A stretch of 64,000 bases of DNA from positions 34,807-98,806 of the forward strand of contig JAYTSD010000038.1 of the NCBI GenBank assembly GCA_043745805.1, read 5' to 3'. A program made the position numbers and the translations under genes. The notes below the pieces were generated by a model. That model did no database searches, was not told the origin of the DNA, and saw only the letters and a program-made list of their open reading frames with translations. Positions 1-8,857 of this stretch are shown piece by piece. This stretch comes from Fibrobacteria bacterium. Lineage in GTDB: Bacteria > Fibrobacterota > Fibrobacteria > UBA11236. Position 1 is the stretch's first letter; each line of letters begins with the position of its first letter.

Positions 1-458
1 AATCGTATTTGCAAAGCGCACGTAATTATGCTTCGGCTTATGCGGGCATTGATGCCAGTCATAAAGGGGAAGCATTTTTGGAATTAATGGCGAATTACCG
101 TTCCTATTTGGAAAAACAGCATCGCCAAGACAGTTATGAAATCGCGCAAGAACTGAGCAGCAAAACGCCTTCTGAATTTGAGTTTGCTCCAGTCCCAGAA
201 AATTATTGGGATTTTGGGAGTTCGAATACACCAGAAAATACAGCGCATTGGAAAACTTATCAGCATACTTTGCGTTATTATCGTGGATCTAAAGTGGCCA
301 TGTCTTTTGCAATAGGGGCTTTAGCTTTAAACCGATTATCTTCTTTAATTAGCACTTTAAATCTTTATAAAAGAACTAGTGTGAGAACAGTGGCTTTGGA
401 TTTTATACCCGAATTAGGCCCCGAAAGCACTGGGGCTAGGTTAACCTTGACTTTTTGA
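1..458 (+). CDS. hypothetical protein, 5'-truncated by window edge
   Basis: Frame is open from the window start to TGA at 456-458; hydrophobic helix near the C-terminus; no recognised family. Confidence 0.6.
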   Translation, partial: SYLQSARNYASAYAGIDASHKGEAFLELMANYRSYLEKQHRQDSYEIAQELSSKTPSEFEFAPVPENYWDFGSSNTPENTAHWKTYQHTLRYYRGSKVAMSFAIGALALNRLSSLISTLNLYKRTSVRTVALDFIPELGPESTGARLTLTF

Positions 459-465
459 ATAACCC

Positions 466-494
466 TTGTTTTTTTTTGTGGGTTGAGTTATTAT
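466..494 (+). promoter_or_regulatory. sigma70-like promoter of the leu leader
   Basis: TTGTTT(466-471)-17 nt-TATTAT(489-494); predicted +1 is about 501, the A of the leader ATG. Confidence 0.5.
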
Positions 495-500
495 AAAATT

Positions 501-560
501 ATGTTTACAACACAACAGTCACAACTATTACTCTCGCTGCTTTTTAGGAACTCTAGGTAA
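501..560 (+). CDS. leucine attenuator leader peptide (MFTTQQSQLLLSLLFRNSR)
   Basis: 19-codon ORF with 5 Leu in 6 codons (CTA TTA CTC TCG CTG CTT), directly upstream of a terminator and leuA. Confidence 0.8.
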   Translation: MFTTQQSQLLLSLLFRNSR

Positions 561-584
561 AGAGGAGTGTTCGTGTTTTGTTTT

Positions 585-614
585 AAAGCCCGCTCCTAGG
601 AGTGGGCTTTTTTT
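585..614 (+). terminator. attenuator terminator upstream of leuA
   Basis: AAAGCCCGCTC-CTAG-GAGTGGGCTTT stem followed by a T run. Confidence 0.85.
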
Positions 615-655
615 ATTTCTCAATATTTTTTCAAGGTTCAATTGAAAGGTTCATT

Positions 656-2215
656 ATGTCAAACGAGTCAAAAAATCGAAAACCTTTTTTCTATGACGTA
701 ACTTTACGCGATGGAAACCAAGCTTTACGTCATCCCTGGAATGTGAATGAAAAAGAATTGGTATTTAAACAATTACTCAAATTAGGTGTGCAGGGCATTG
801 AAGTGAGTTATCCTGGCGCTAGTGAAATGGATTTTGCCGCAGCGCAGCATTTGGCAAGATTGGCACCCGATGACGTGGTAGTTGCAGGTTTGGCGCGCGC
901 CGTAGAACGCGATATATCCATGGCTTGGGAGGCTATTCAAGATGCTCCTCAACCACGCATTCATATATTTTTAGCCACTAGCCCTTTTGCCATGGAAAAT
1001 GTTTTGCGCATGGAGCCACAAAAAGTAAAGGCCAAAGCGATAGAAGCGATTGTCTATGCCAAGTCCTTGATGAAGGGTAAGGGTAGTATTCAGTTTTCCG
1101 CGGAACATTTTGGGGATTGTCGTGAAAATATGGATTTTGTAATTGACGTTTTTCATGAGGTAACGCGTGCGGGAGCTACGGTTATTAATTTACCCAATAC
1201 GGTTGAGCGCTATCGCCCTCAAATATTTGTAGACATGGTTAGGCAAGTGGTATTGGCATTGCCTTCGGAAGTTACCGTAGCGGTGCATACGCATAATGAT
1301 TTGGGTATGGCTACTGCGACTACTGTCGAAAGCTTTTTTGCGGGTGCGACGCAATTGGAATGTGCTTTAAACGGTTTGGGAGAACGTGCGGGAAATACCA
1401 ATATTTATGAAGTAGCCATGGCTTTATATAACTGCGAAGTCTCTATGCCTTTGCGTATGGAAGAAATTTATGAAACAGCTTTATTGGTTTCGGAATGGTC
1501 AAAAGTAGCACTTTATGAAAAAGCACCCTTAGTGGGTGCCGATGTAGTGGCACATCGCAGTGGCATACATCAAGATGGGGCGACCAAAACTAAGGGTATG
1601 AAAAAAGGGGCTTATCGCGCCTTTGAAGGTGATATTATTGGGCGTAAAGAAGCGGATCGCCTTGTTTTTACGAGTCAATCGGGTAAATCGGCTGTGTATG
1701 AAATTGTGAAAAGCTTGGGGTTACCTATTACTCTTGAAGAAGCCGCTAGGCTTCAGCCGGTTTTGAAGAAAATTTCGGAAGAAACGCAGGGTGAATTAAA
1801 TGACACGGAAATTTTACAAGCCTATGATCAGGAAATATTAAATGTGGCGGGGCCTTTATTTTTGAAAGATATTCGGGTGGACATAAGGGAAAAAGAGTTT
1901 GTGTTTTCCTTTACTTATCAAGGCAAGGATCATGAATTAAAAGGTCAGGGTACAGGGCCTATCGACGCTTGTATGAATGTCTTAGAGCAGATTGGATTGT
2001 ATTTTCATTTATTGGAATACACACAAATTGCCATGGATATAGAGCATTTGGATTTCGCGGCATATGCACTTTCCGAAATTAAATTACAAAGGAAGGTTTC
2101 GGCACAAGGTCAAAGCGAAGGACCAATTGTTATTGGCCGCAGTAAAGATTTGGATACTTTAAAAGCAAATGTTCGAGCCTTATTTCATGGGGTCAATCGC
2201 TTATTACAAGGGTAA
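656..2215 (+). CDS. leuA: 2-isopropylmalate synthase
   Basis: DVTLRDGNQ, HTHNDLG, GLGERAGN and HRSGIHQDG motifs plus a C-terminal regulatory domain (GTGPIDA); start moved to ATG 656 (GAAAGG RBS) because the GTG at 602 lies in the terminator. Confidence 0.92.
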   Translation: MSNESKNRKPFFYDVTLRDGNQALRHPWNVNEKELVFKQLLKLGVQGIEVSYPGASEMDFAAAQHLARLAPDDVVVAGLARAVERDISMAWEAIQDAPQPRIHIFLATSPFAMENVLRMEPQKVKAKAIEAIVYAKSLMKGKGSIQFSAEHFGDCRENMDFVIDVFHEVTRAGATVINLPNTVERYRPQIFVDMVRQVVLALPSEVTVAVHTHNDLGMATATTVESFFAGATQLECALNGLGERAGNTNIYEVAMALYNCEVSMPLRMEEIYETALLVSEWSKVALYEKAPLVGADVVAHRSGIHQDGATKTKGMKKGAYRAFEGDIIGRKEADRLVFTSQSGKSAVYEIVKSLGLPITLEEAARLQPVLKKISEETQGELNDTEILQAYDQEILNVAGPLFLKDIRVDIREKEFVFSFTYQGKDHELKGQGTGPIDACMNVLEQIGLYFHLLEYTQIAMDIEHLDFAAYALSEIKLQRKVSAQGQSEGPIVIGRSKDLDTLKANVRALFHGVNRLLQG

Positions 2216-2228
2216 CTTGTAATCTAGT

Positions 2229-2261
2229 CTTGAGATCTGGAGGTTAACTCTGGGTCTCAAG
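2229..2261 (+). other. 14-bp stem-loop downstream of leuA (possible terminator or 3' stabiliser)
   Basis: CTTGAGATCTGGAG-GTTAA-CTCTGGGTCTCAAG pairs fully, with 3 G-U pairs; no long U tract. Confidence 0.55.
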
Positions 2262-2318
2262 TTAAGTCGAAACATCTACAAGACTGTAACATAGATAAGC
2301 CGTCCCTTGAAAAATCTC

Positions 2319-2347
2319 TTGACGTGGGTTAACCTATGAGTTAACAT
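2319..2347 (+). promoter_or_regulatory. sigma70 promoter overlapped by a GTTAAC-N6-GTTAAC candidate operator
   Basis: TTGACG(2319-2324)-17-TAACAT(2342-2347); GTTAAC at 2328-2333 and 2340-2345. Confidence 0.65.
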
Positions 2348-2435
2348 TTGAGAGAACACGAGAATTTTCTGCTCAGTGCAGAGATTTTAGCGTTAACACT
2401 GGGGACTTTCCCCTTAACCCAATTTAGGAGATATT

Positions 2436-2759
2436 ATGTCAAAGGCAAAAAAATCCAAAGCTGCTCCCGCAAAAAAAGTGGCCGCCAAAAAACCTGCTAA
2501 AGCTGCGAAGCCTGCTAAAGCTGCTCCAGCCAAAGCTAGCGCTGCAAAATCTGCTGGTCCAGCAAAAGGATCCGTTGGCGAATTGATTCGTAAATCCCGC
2601 GAAGCTGCAGGTATTTCACAAGAACAATTGGCTGATAAATTAAACACCAAACGCACAGCTATTTCGCGCATCGAAAACCATGCTGATGATATTAAACTTT
2701 CCACTTTGGAACGTATTTCCAAAGCTTTGGGCAAGGAATTGAAAATTAAAATCGGCTAA
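2436..2759 (+). CDS. XRE-family HTH protein with N-terminal Lys/Ala/Pro histone H1-like tail
   Basis: AGGAG RBS; PAKK/PAKAA repeats, then SQEQLADKLNTKRTAISRIENHADDIKLSTLERISKALG. Confidence 0.9.
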   Translation: MSKAKKSKAAPAKKVAAKKPAKAAKPAKAAPAKASAAKSAGPAKGSVGELIRKSREAAGISQEQLADKLNTKRTAISRIENHADDIKLSTLERISKALGKELKIKIG

Positions 2760-2768
2760 GAGCTTCAA

Positions 2769-3473
2769 TTGCTACCCAGCATTTTGATTCCCTTATTAAA
2801 TAGTTTGCTGCGTTTGCGGCAAACTATTTCTTTTTCTGTATTTCCATCTATAATTTTAGTGCTCATTTCGCTTTTCACTTTACCCCATGCAGAACGAAAG
2901 CCGGTGGCTTTTGGCTTACTTGGCGGCCTCGGCGGAACTAGTTTTTGGGGAAATGATGTGCATGATTTTGCCATGGACATAGCTCCTACTGCAGGATTCA
3001 CTTTAACTGGACATTTACCTGAATTCATAGGCATAGAAATAGACGCTTTGTATTCCGTGAAAACGGGTTCATTTCGTAAATTTTTGAATGACAAGCAAAC
3101 GCAAGTATCTAGCGTTAAAATTCACTATCTCGAATTTCCATTATTATTAAAAATTACAGCTCCTACTGAAGGGGAAGTACATCCTATTTTCTTTGGAGGA
3201 CCGGCTTTAAGTCGTGCCATAATTAAAAAAAGTAATACGGATCTAATTAGCATTGGATCGGGTGGCATAATTTCACCTGAGACTTTGGAACCAGAAATTA
3301 AAAAAGAAAATATCGACGATTTTGATTTTAGCTTAATGGTTGGTGGAGGTTTGGAGTGGGGATTGGGAACTTTTCAGCTACGCTTAGATTTGGGTGAACA
3401 TTCCATTGATAAAACCAAAGCTTTGGACATAAAGACTTTTCACGTTGTTATGATAGCCGGCTTTATTTTTTGA
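2769..3473 (+). CDS. outer-membrane beta-barrel protein (porin/PorT-like)
   Basis: Hydrophobic N-terminus, amphipathic strands, 'HYLEFPLLLK' motif, terminal Phe; start uncertain. Confidence 0.7.
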   Translation: MLPSILIPLLNSLLRLRQTISFSVFPSIILVLISLFTLPHAERKPVAFGLLGGLGGTSFWGNDVHDFAMDIAPTAGFTLTGHLPEFIGIEIDALYSVKTGSFRKFLNDKQTQVSSVKIHYLEFPLLLKITAPTEGEVHPIFFGGPALSRAIIKKSNTDLISIGSGGIISPETLEPEIKKENIDDFDFSLMVGGGLEWGLGTFQLRLDLGEHSIDKTKALDIKTFHVVMIAGFIF

Positions 3474-3588
3474 TTCTCCATTTTTGTTCTAGCTTTGGAG
3501 TTTTTCAACGCTATTTTGCAGCTTAATGCTTTTTAGCATAGTCAAGTTTGCAAACTAAGGATATAATTTCCTAAAACCTTGGAGCAGG

Positions 3589-3756
3589 ATGAATCGAATT
3601 ACCCGACTGCTAATTCTTGTTTTTATCCTAGTGGGAGTAATAATAGGAATGATGCAATGCGCACAAAAATCTATGCATAAGCGAAAAAAACCTATTGATG
3701 CAAATCCACAGGGAAATTCTTTGCTCGAAATGCATCCCTTACAGATCAATGCTTAA
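3589..3756 (+). CDS. small membrane-anchored protein (55 aa), absent from the ORF track
   Basis: GGAG RBS at 3581; MNRITRLLILVFILVGVIIGMMQCAQKS... single TM helix; TATAAT at 3562-3567. Confidence 0.55.
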   Translation: MNRITRLLILVFILVGVIIGMMQCAQKSMHKRKKPIDANPQGNSLLEMHPLQINA

Positions 3757-3778
3757 TTTCCTGGAAGTTGTTTAAAAC

Positions 3779-4756
3779 ATGAATCAATTTTTTGCTGAGG
3801 GTGCTGAATTTTCATGGATAGAAACGCTGTTTACTCGCAAGCACTTTTCGCGTGATGGGCAAGGGTTAGGCGATGATGGCTATCTATGGCAAACTAGTGG
3901 GGACCATGTTTATGTTATTTCCACCGATACCAGTGTGGAAAATATCCACTTTGATTTGCAATGGGTAAAGCCAGAAATGGCTTTGGAAAAAGCTTTGCTC
4001 AGTAATTTATCGGATATCAATGCTATGGGCGGCAAAACCGAAAAAGTATTTTTGAATCTTTGCATAAAAAAAACTTGGGATTTAAATCAAGCCAAAATCA
4101 TGGGTGAAACTTTACAGTGTATGGAAGAGGACCAAGGCTTTCGTATTTGTGGTGGCGATACGGTACGTGCTGAGGGAAATTGTTTTTTTGCCTTCACGGT
4201 AATTGGTATGATTAAAGGGAATGCACTTTTGCGCAGTAATGCAAAGCCTGGTGATAAAATTTATGTAAGTGGTTGTCTTGGCGGCTCTGCCGCAGGATTA
4301 ACCCTTTTACAAAAGGGTCAAAAATTGGGGACTGAAAAATCTCTCGAGCCCTTATTGAGAGCCCATGTGCAACCGCAGCCGCCTTTAGGCTTAGGGCCAA
4401 AGCTGGCCGAGTTTGAGCGTGTAGCGGCTATGGATATTAGTGATGGATTGTCGTCTGAATTATGGCATTTGTCAAAGCAATCGCAATGCGCTTTTAAAAT
4501 TGATTGGGAAAAAATTCCCATGCATTCTGCTTTGCCCTTGGTGGGGGATGCGCAGCAAATCCGCGATTGGGTTTTGCATGGTGGGGAAGAATATCAACTA
4601 TTATTTACAGGTAAGTTTTCTGCAACGGAACTGGATCAATTACAGGTTTTCTCTTTGATTACCGAAATTGGGGAGGTTCGAGCTGGAGAAGGCGTGTATA
4701 TTTGTGAACCAAATGGTGATGAAGAATTATTAAACGCTAAAGGTTGGGTGCACTGA
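3779..4756 (+). CDS. thiL: thiamine-monophosphate kinase
   Basis: GDD, NLSDINAMGG, GGDT, MDISDGL and GGEEYQLLFT motifs. Confidence 0.92.
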   Translation: MNQFFAEGAEFSWIETLFTRKHFSRDGQGLGDDGYLWQTSGDHVYVISTDTSVENIHFDLQWVKPEMALEKALLSNLSDINAMGGKTEKVFLNLCIKKTWDLNQAKIMGETLQCMEEDQGFRICGGDTVRAEGNCFFAFTVIGMIKGNALLRSNAKPGDKIYVSGCLGGSAAGLTLLQKGQKLGTEKSLEPLLRAHVQPQPPLGLGPKLAEFERVAAMDISDGLSSELWHLSKQSQCAFKIDWEKIPMHSALPLVGDAQQIRDWVLHGGEEYQLLFTGKFSATELDQLQVFSLITEIGEVRAGEGVYICEPNGDEELLNAKGWVH

Positions 4757-4758
4757 AT

Positions 4759-6672
4759 ATGGCTGTGACGCAAGTTAAGCGCAAACGTAAAGTCGGTGAA
4801 ATTTTATTGTCGCAAGGCTATATCACCGCAGAGCAATTAGATAAAGCTTTGGCTGAGCATCAAAGCACTGGAATTAGTTTAGGAACCATTTTAGTTAAGC
4901 TGGGATTCATCGATGATGAAACGCTCAGTAATGTGCTTGGCAAGCAATTGGAACTATCGTATCGCAAACGCATTGGCGAAATTTTGGTGGATCAAGGTTA
5001 TATCCGCCAAGAGCAATTGGAAGAGGGTCTCAAGCAGCAAAAAGTTTGGGGCATGCAACTCGGTAAGTGCTTAGTCAAATTGGGTTACCTCGATGAAGGT
5101 AAAATTCTCGATGTATTGGCTGCGCAATTGGATTTGCAGCATGTAGTATTAGAAAATTTTAAATTTGAACAAAGTGCTTTAGCTTTTATCTCAGAAGAAA
5201 TGGCACGCTCCTATCGCTTGCTTCCGCTTTATGAAAAAGAGGGCGTACTCACAGTAGCGATGGTGGATCCCACCAATTTACGTTCCCTCGATCATATCAA
5301 ATTCAAAACCGGCAAAGATGTCGAACCTATGATTGCGACGGAAATCGAAATCATGCAGGCCATTGAACGCGCTTACATTGGAAATCAAAATCGATTAAGT
5401 GATTTATTAGGTCGCGAGGACAAAGACGAATTGGTATTGGTCAAAGCAGCCATTGTCGAAGACGACGATGATGATATTCCCATGGCCGATGAAGAAGGTC
5501 GGCAAATTGTTAAAATCGTAAATTTGATTTTAACTGAAGCCATTCGCCAGGGGGCTTCGGATATTCATCTGGAACCCCAAGAAAAAAATCTGCGCATTCG
5601 CTATCGCGTGGATGGTGAATTATTAGAGCAAAACCCGATACCGGGGCGCCTGATGTCACAAATTGTTTCACGCCTAAAAGTTTTAGGTGGAATGGATATT
5701 GCCGAAAAAAGACGTCCTTTGGATGGACGGGCGCATATTCAGTATAAAGGCAAAGAAGTTGATTTACGTTTGTCAACCTTCCCAACCTTGTTACGTGGCC
5801 GCGGGGTAACTGAAAAAATGGTGATTCGTATTATCGATCCCAATTTGACCTTACTCTCGTTGGATAAAATGAATCTCGCTCCCGAAGTGTATGAAAGCTT
5901 TGTTCGCACAATTGATATGCCCGATGGTATTGTACTTGTTACGGGTCCAACCGGTAGCGGTAAATCCAGCACTCTATATGCCTGTATCAAGCAGGTTTCT
6001 TCTCCAGAAGTCAATATTGTTACCATGGAAGATCCTGTTGAACGTAATTTAGAGGGTATTTCACAAGGCCAAATCAATGTAGGTGCAGGTTTTTCCTTTG
6101 CAGCAGGTATGCGCGCAATTTTACGGCAAGATCCCGATATTATTATGTTGGGAGAAATGCGAGATAAAGAAACCGCGGAAATGGCTATTCAATCGGCTCT
6201 TACAGGGCATATGGTGTTTAGTACACTACATACCAATGATGCCGCAGGCGCATTTACGCGCTTACTCGATATGGGCGTAGAACCTTTTTTGGTTACCTCT
6301 TGCGTCAAAGGAGTTTTAGCGCAGCGCTTGGTTCGGAAAATCTGTGAAAAATGTCGTCAGCAAGTTGTTATTGCCGATGCCATTTTAGAGCGGATTGGTA
6401 TTGTGCCCGGTACTCCATTTTTTCAAGGTTCAGGTTGCAATGCTTGTAATCGTTCCGGCTATCGTGGCCGTATAGCTTTATTTGAGTTTTTGGTTCCCGA
6501 TGTGGAAATCTTCAAAATGATTTTGGAACATAAGAGCAGTGCGGAAATTAGCCGACATGCCGTTAATGTTTGTGGAATGAAGTCTTTGCGCCGCGATGGA
6601 TTGGAAAAAGCCTTATCTGGCCTTACCACCATCGAACAGGTCGTTTCTGTGTCGCAAGACGATAGAGGATAA
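4759..6672 (+). CDS. type IV pilus/T2SS assembly ATPase PilB/GspE with duplicated MshEN N-terminus
   Basis: ASDIHLEP, Walker A GPTGSGKS, EDPVE, RQDPDIIMLGEMRD, tetracysteine Zn motif; start at ATG 4759. Confidence 0.92.
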   Translation: MAVTQVKRKRKVGEILLSQGYITAEQLDKALAEHQSTGISLGTILVKLGFIDDETLSNVLGKQLELSYRKRIGEILVDQGYIRQEQLEEGLKQQKVWGMQLGKCLVKLGYLDEGKILDVLAAQLDLQHVVLENFKFEQSALAFISEEMARSYRLLPLYEKEGVLTVAMVDPTNLRSLDHIKFKTGKDVEPMIATEIEIMQAIERAYIGNQNRLSDLLGREDKDELVLVKAAIVEDDDDDIPMADEEGRQIVKIVNLILTEAIRQGASDIHLEPQEKNLRIRYRVDGELLEQNPIPGRLMSQIVSRLKVLGGMDIAEKRRPLDGRAHIQYKGKEVDLRLSTFPTLLRGRGVTEKMVIRIIDPNLTLLSLDKMNLAPEVYESFVRTIDMPDGIVLVTGPTGSGKSSTLYACIKQVSSPEVNIVTMEDPVERNLEGISQGQINVGAGFSFAAGMRAILRQDPDIIMLGEMRDKETAEMAIQSALTGHMVFSTLHTNDAAGAFTRLLDMGVEPFLVTSCVKGVLAQRLVRKICEKCRQQVVIADAILERIGIVPGTPFFQGSGCNACNRSGYRGRIALFEFLVPDVEIFKMILEHKSSAEISRHAVNVCGMKSLRRDGLEKALSGLTTIEQVVSVSQDDRG

Positions 6673-6746
6673 ATTATCTCAAAAAAACTCTAGTTTGCTA
6701 ATTTGCCGCCCAGCGTTACAATACTCTAGGGGTTAAGTTAGTCTAC

Positions 6747-8789
6747 ATGAAACAAGCTTTATTATTACTCAGCCTTATTTATCTACTGAGGCCTTTGATT
6801 GATGCTGAGGATTTGCAGGGTACGGTAATCGATGAGTTACAGAATACCATTGCTAACGTACAAATCACTTTGCAGTATGCCGATTTTTTAAAGCCCGAAT
6901 ACCCTTTTCAACTTTTTACCCATAGTGATAAATCAGGCGCTTTTATTTTTAAAGGCTTACAACCCAGTAAACAAAATGATTTTCGCATTTTTGCCTCGTA
7001 CAAAAAACTTTCTTTAGCCTTGAAAACAAGTAATAGAGTGATGGGTCAAAGCGTTGAACATTTGGATAAACGGCTTTTGTTAACACTGCAACCTGCGCAT
7101 GATATTTACGTGCAATTTAAAATGCCCAAGAATCAAAACAAAGAGCTAAATAAAAACCAAATTGAATTGCACGGCGTAATGAATATTGATGAAGACAATG
7201 CTTGGTTTCCTCTATCGAAAGATGAAAATATTTTACGCGAATTGCCTTTCCGAAAAGTGGGAGTTAAATATCAAACCGCACTCAATGGCCAGGGTACTTT
7301 TTTTATTCAACCAGATTCTTTGGGAGCGAAAGACACGCTCATTTATTTGGAGGCTAAAGAATGGATTGAGGGACGAGTATTAGATAGCATGGGTTTGCCT
7401 ATTCCTGGAGTTTTATATAAAACCGAAAATGCATTTCGCCTGCTGGGATTAACGGATAGTGGAGGTGTCTTTCGCATACAAAAACCTCGTCATGGAGGGG
7501 TAACTTTATTGTTACGACATTTTGATTATAAAGATACTGTATTTTCTACGGAAACTTTTCCTCTGACTAGACCGCTGGCTATTACCTTGGCGCGAGGAAA
7601 AATAGTACAAACCCATTTAACCAATTATACTAGCGATTTTTTGCGAAGCTGTCAAATGCAAGCTCGGCCCTTGGAATTCGATAGTAATTTCGCAAAATGG
7701 AAGTTTCCTGGAGGTTCGACGCGTCGTGCCATAGCGGATTCATCGGGTCAGTTTTTTATGGCGGGACTAAGAGATGGAAATTATGTTGTGAAAATAGGCT
7801 GCGAAGCTACGGAAACAAGGGAAGATACGTTAAGGCCAGATAAAAATCTTCCAGAAGAAATTGTTTTGCGTAAAGGTTTTAAGGTTACGTATAAAATCCA
7901 AGAAAAAATAAATTCACTTTTAGCTCCTACAAATTTAACTAGGGTTTCTCCAATTGTTGGGGCTAAAATAAAAGTTCGTAAAGTATTAGAAAAGTCACTT
8001 CTTCGCCAAGGGGAAACCGATTCTGATGGTCAGTTGTTATTTACCGCTTTACCAGAGGGAAATTATGTAATACTAATTCGCGAAGCTGGACATATAGCCT
8101 TAAAACAAACTTTGCATATTAGTAAAGATACGCTCATAGAACTTTCGCTTGAACAAGGCTTGAGTATTAACGGCCAGGTTACTCAAAGCGATGGAAGTCT
8201 AGCGCAAGATTTACGTGTTTTCGCATTACCTGACTCATTAGTTAAGGAAAATGATAAAACGCATTTTATAGCTTCGGAGCCAATGGTTTTGCGACAGGGA
8301 GAATGGTCACTCACAGGTTTACCCGAAGGTTTATATACACTTGGTATTGCAGCACCATGGACTAAGACAAATCCATTCATGCCGCTTTTTAGAGTGGATC
8401 GGATCCATGCTGGAGAACAAAATGTTAAAATTCATTTACCGACGATGCGAGGTTTAAGTCTTCAGCCATTTTGTGGAGATAGCGCAAGCCTCGATACTTT
8501 TCAGATTTACGTTTTGTTACCTAGTCAAGATTCTCTACCTAGGTTGTCTCTTGGTCATGCGATGAGTCAGGTCCCTATGCAAGGTGAATATAATGTAAAT
8601 GCTTTTGTTGGTATAAAATATATTATTCATATGGAAAACCCTAAATACTTGACAGTGAATGAACTTATTCAAATTCCCGAAGGGGAAGGACGGTATATTA
8701 AAAAAATGGCCCTCACTTTGAAAGTTGAAAAGGTAGTGGAATTGCCTATTGCGAATAAAAGTATTCTGAAGGTAAATAAGCTTCATTAA
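6747..8789 (+). CDS. secreted protein with repeated carboxypeptidase-regulatory-like (transthyretin-like) domains
   Basis: Signal peptide; recurrent GxVxD, TDSxG and LPEGxY motifs. Confidence 0.7.
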   Translation: MKQALLLLSLIYLLRPLIDAEDLQGTVIDELQNTIANVQITLQYADFLKPEYPFQLFTHSDKSGAFIFKGLQPSKQNDFRIFASYKKLSLALKTSNRVMGQSVEHLDKRLLLTLQPAHDIYVQFKMPKNQNKELNKNQIELHGVMNIDEDNAWFPLSKDENILRELPFRKVGVKYQTALNGQGTFFIQPDSLGAKDTLIYLEAKEWIEGRVLDSMGLPIPGVLYKTENAFRLLGLTDSGGVFRIQKPRHGGVTLLLRHFDYKDTVFSTETFPLTRPLAITLARGKIVQTHLTNYTSDFLRSCQMQARPLEFDSNFAKWKFPGGSTRRAIADSSGQFFMAGLRDGNYVVKIGCEATETREDTLRPDKNLPEEIVLRKGFKVTYKIQEKINSLLAPTNLTRVSPIVGAKIKVRKVLEKSLLRQGETDSDGQLLFTALPEGNYVILIREAGHIALKQTLHISKDTLIELSLEQGLSINGQVTQSDGSLAQDLRVFALPDSLVKENDKTHFIASEPMVLRQGEWSLTGLPEGLYTLGIAAPWTKTNPFMPLFRVDRIHAGEQNVKIHLPTMRGLSLQPFCGDSASLDTFQIYVLLPSQDSLPRLSLGHAMSQVPMQGEYNVNAFVGIKYIIHMENPKYLTVNELIQIPEGEGRYIKKMALTLKVEKVVELPIANKSILKVNKLH

Positions 8790-8857
8790 ATAATCATGTT
8801 TTTTACATGCGATAAGTTTTGGATTTCCCTCATAATAGTATTAATTCTATTTAAATA

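Noticed and set aside
602-655. N-terminal extension of LeuA from GTG 602
   Set aside because: It starts inside the attenuator terminator; ATG 656 has an RBS and gives a normal LeuA N-terminus
2414-2734. Ala-rich antisense ORF
   Set aside because: Shadow of the low-complexity PAKK-XRE gene on the + strand
3555-3749. 64-aa minus-strand ORF
   Set aside because: Antisense to the better supported + strand microprotein with RBS and TM helix
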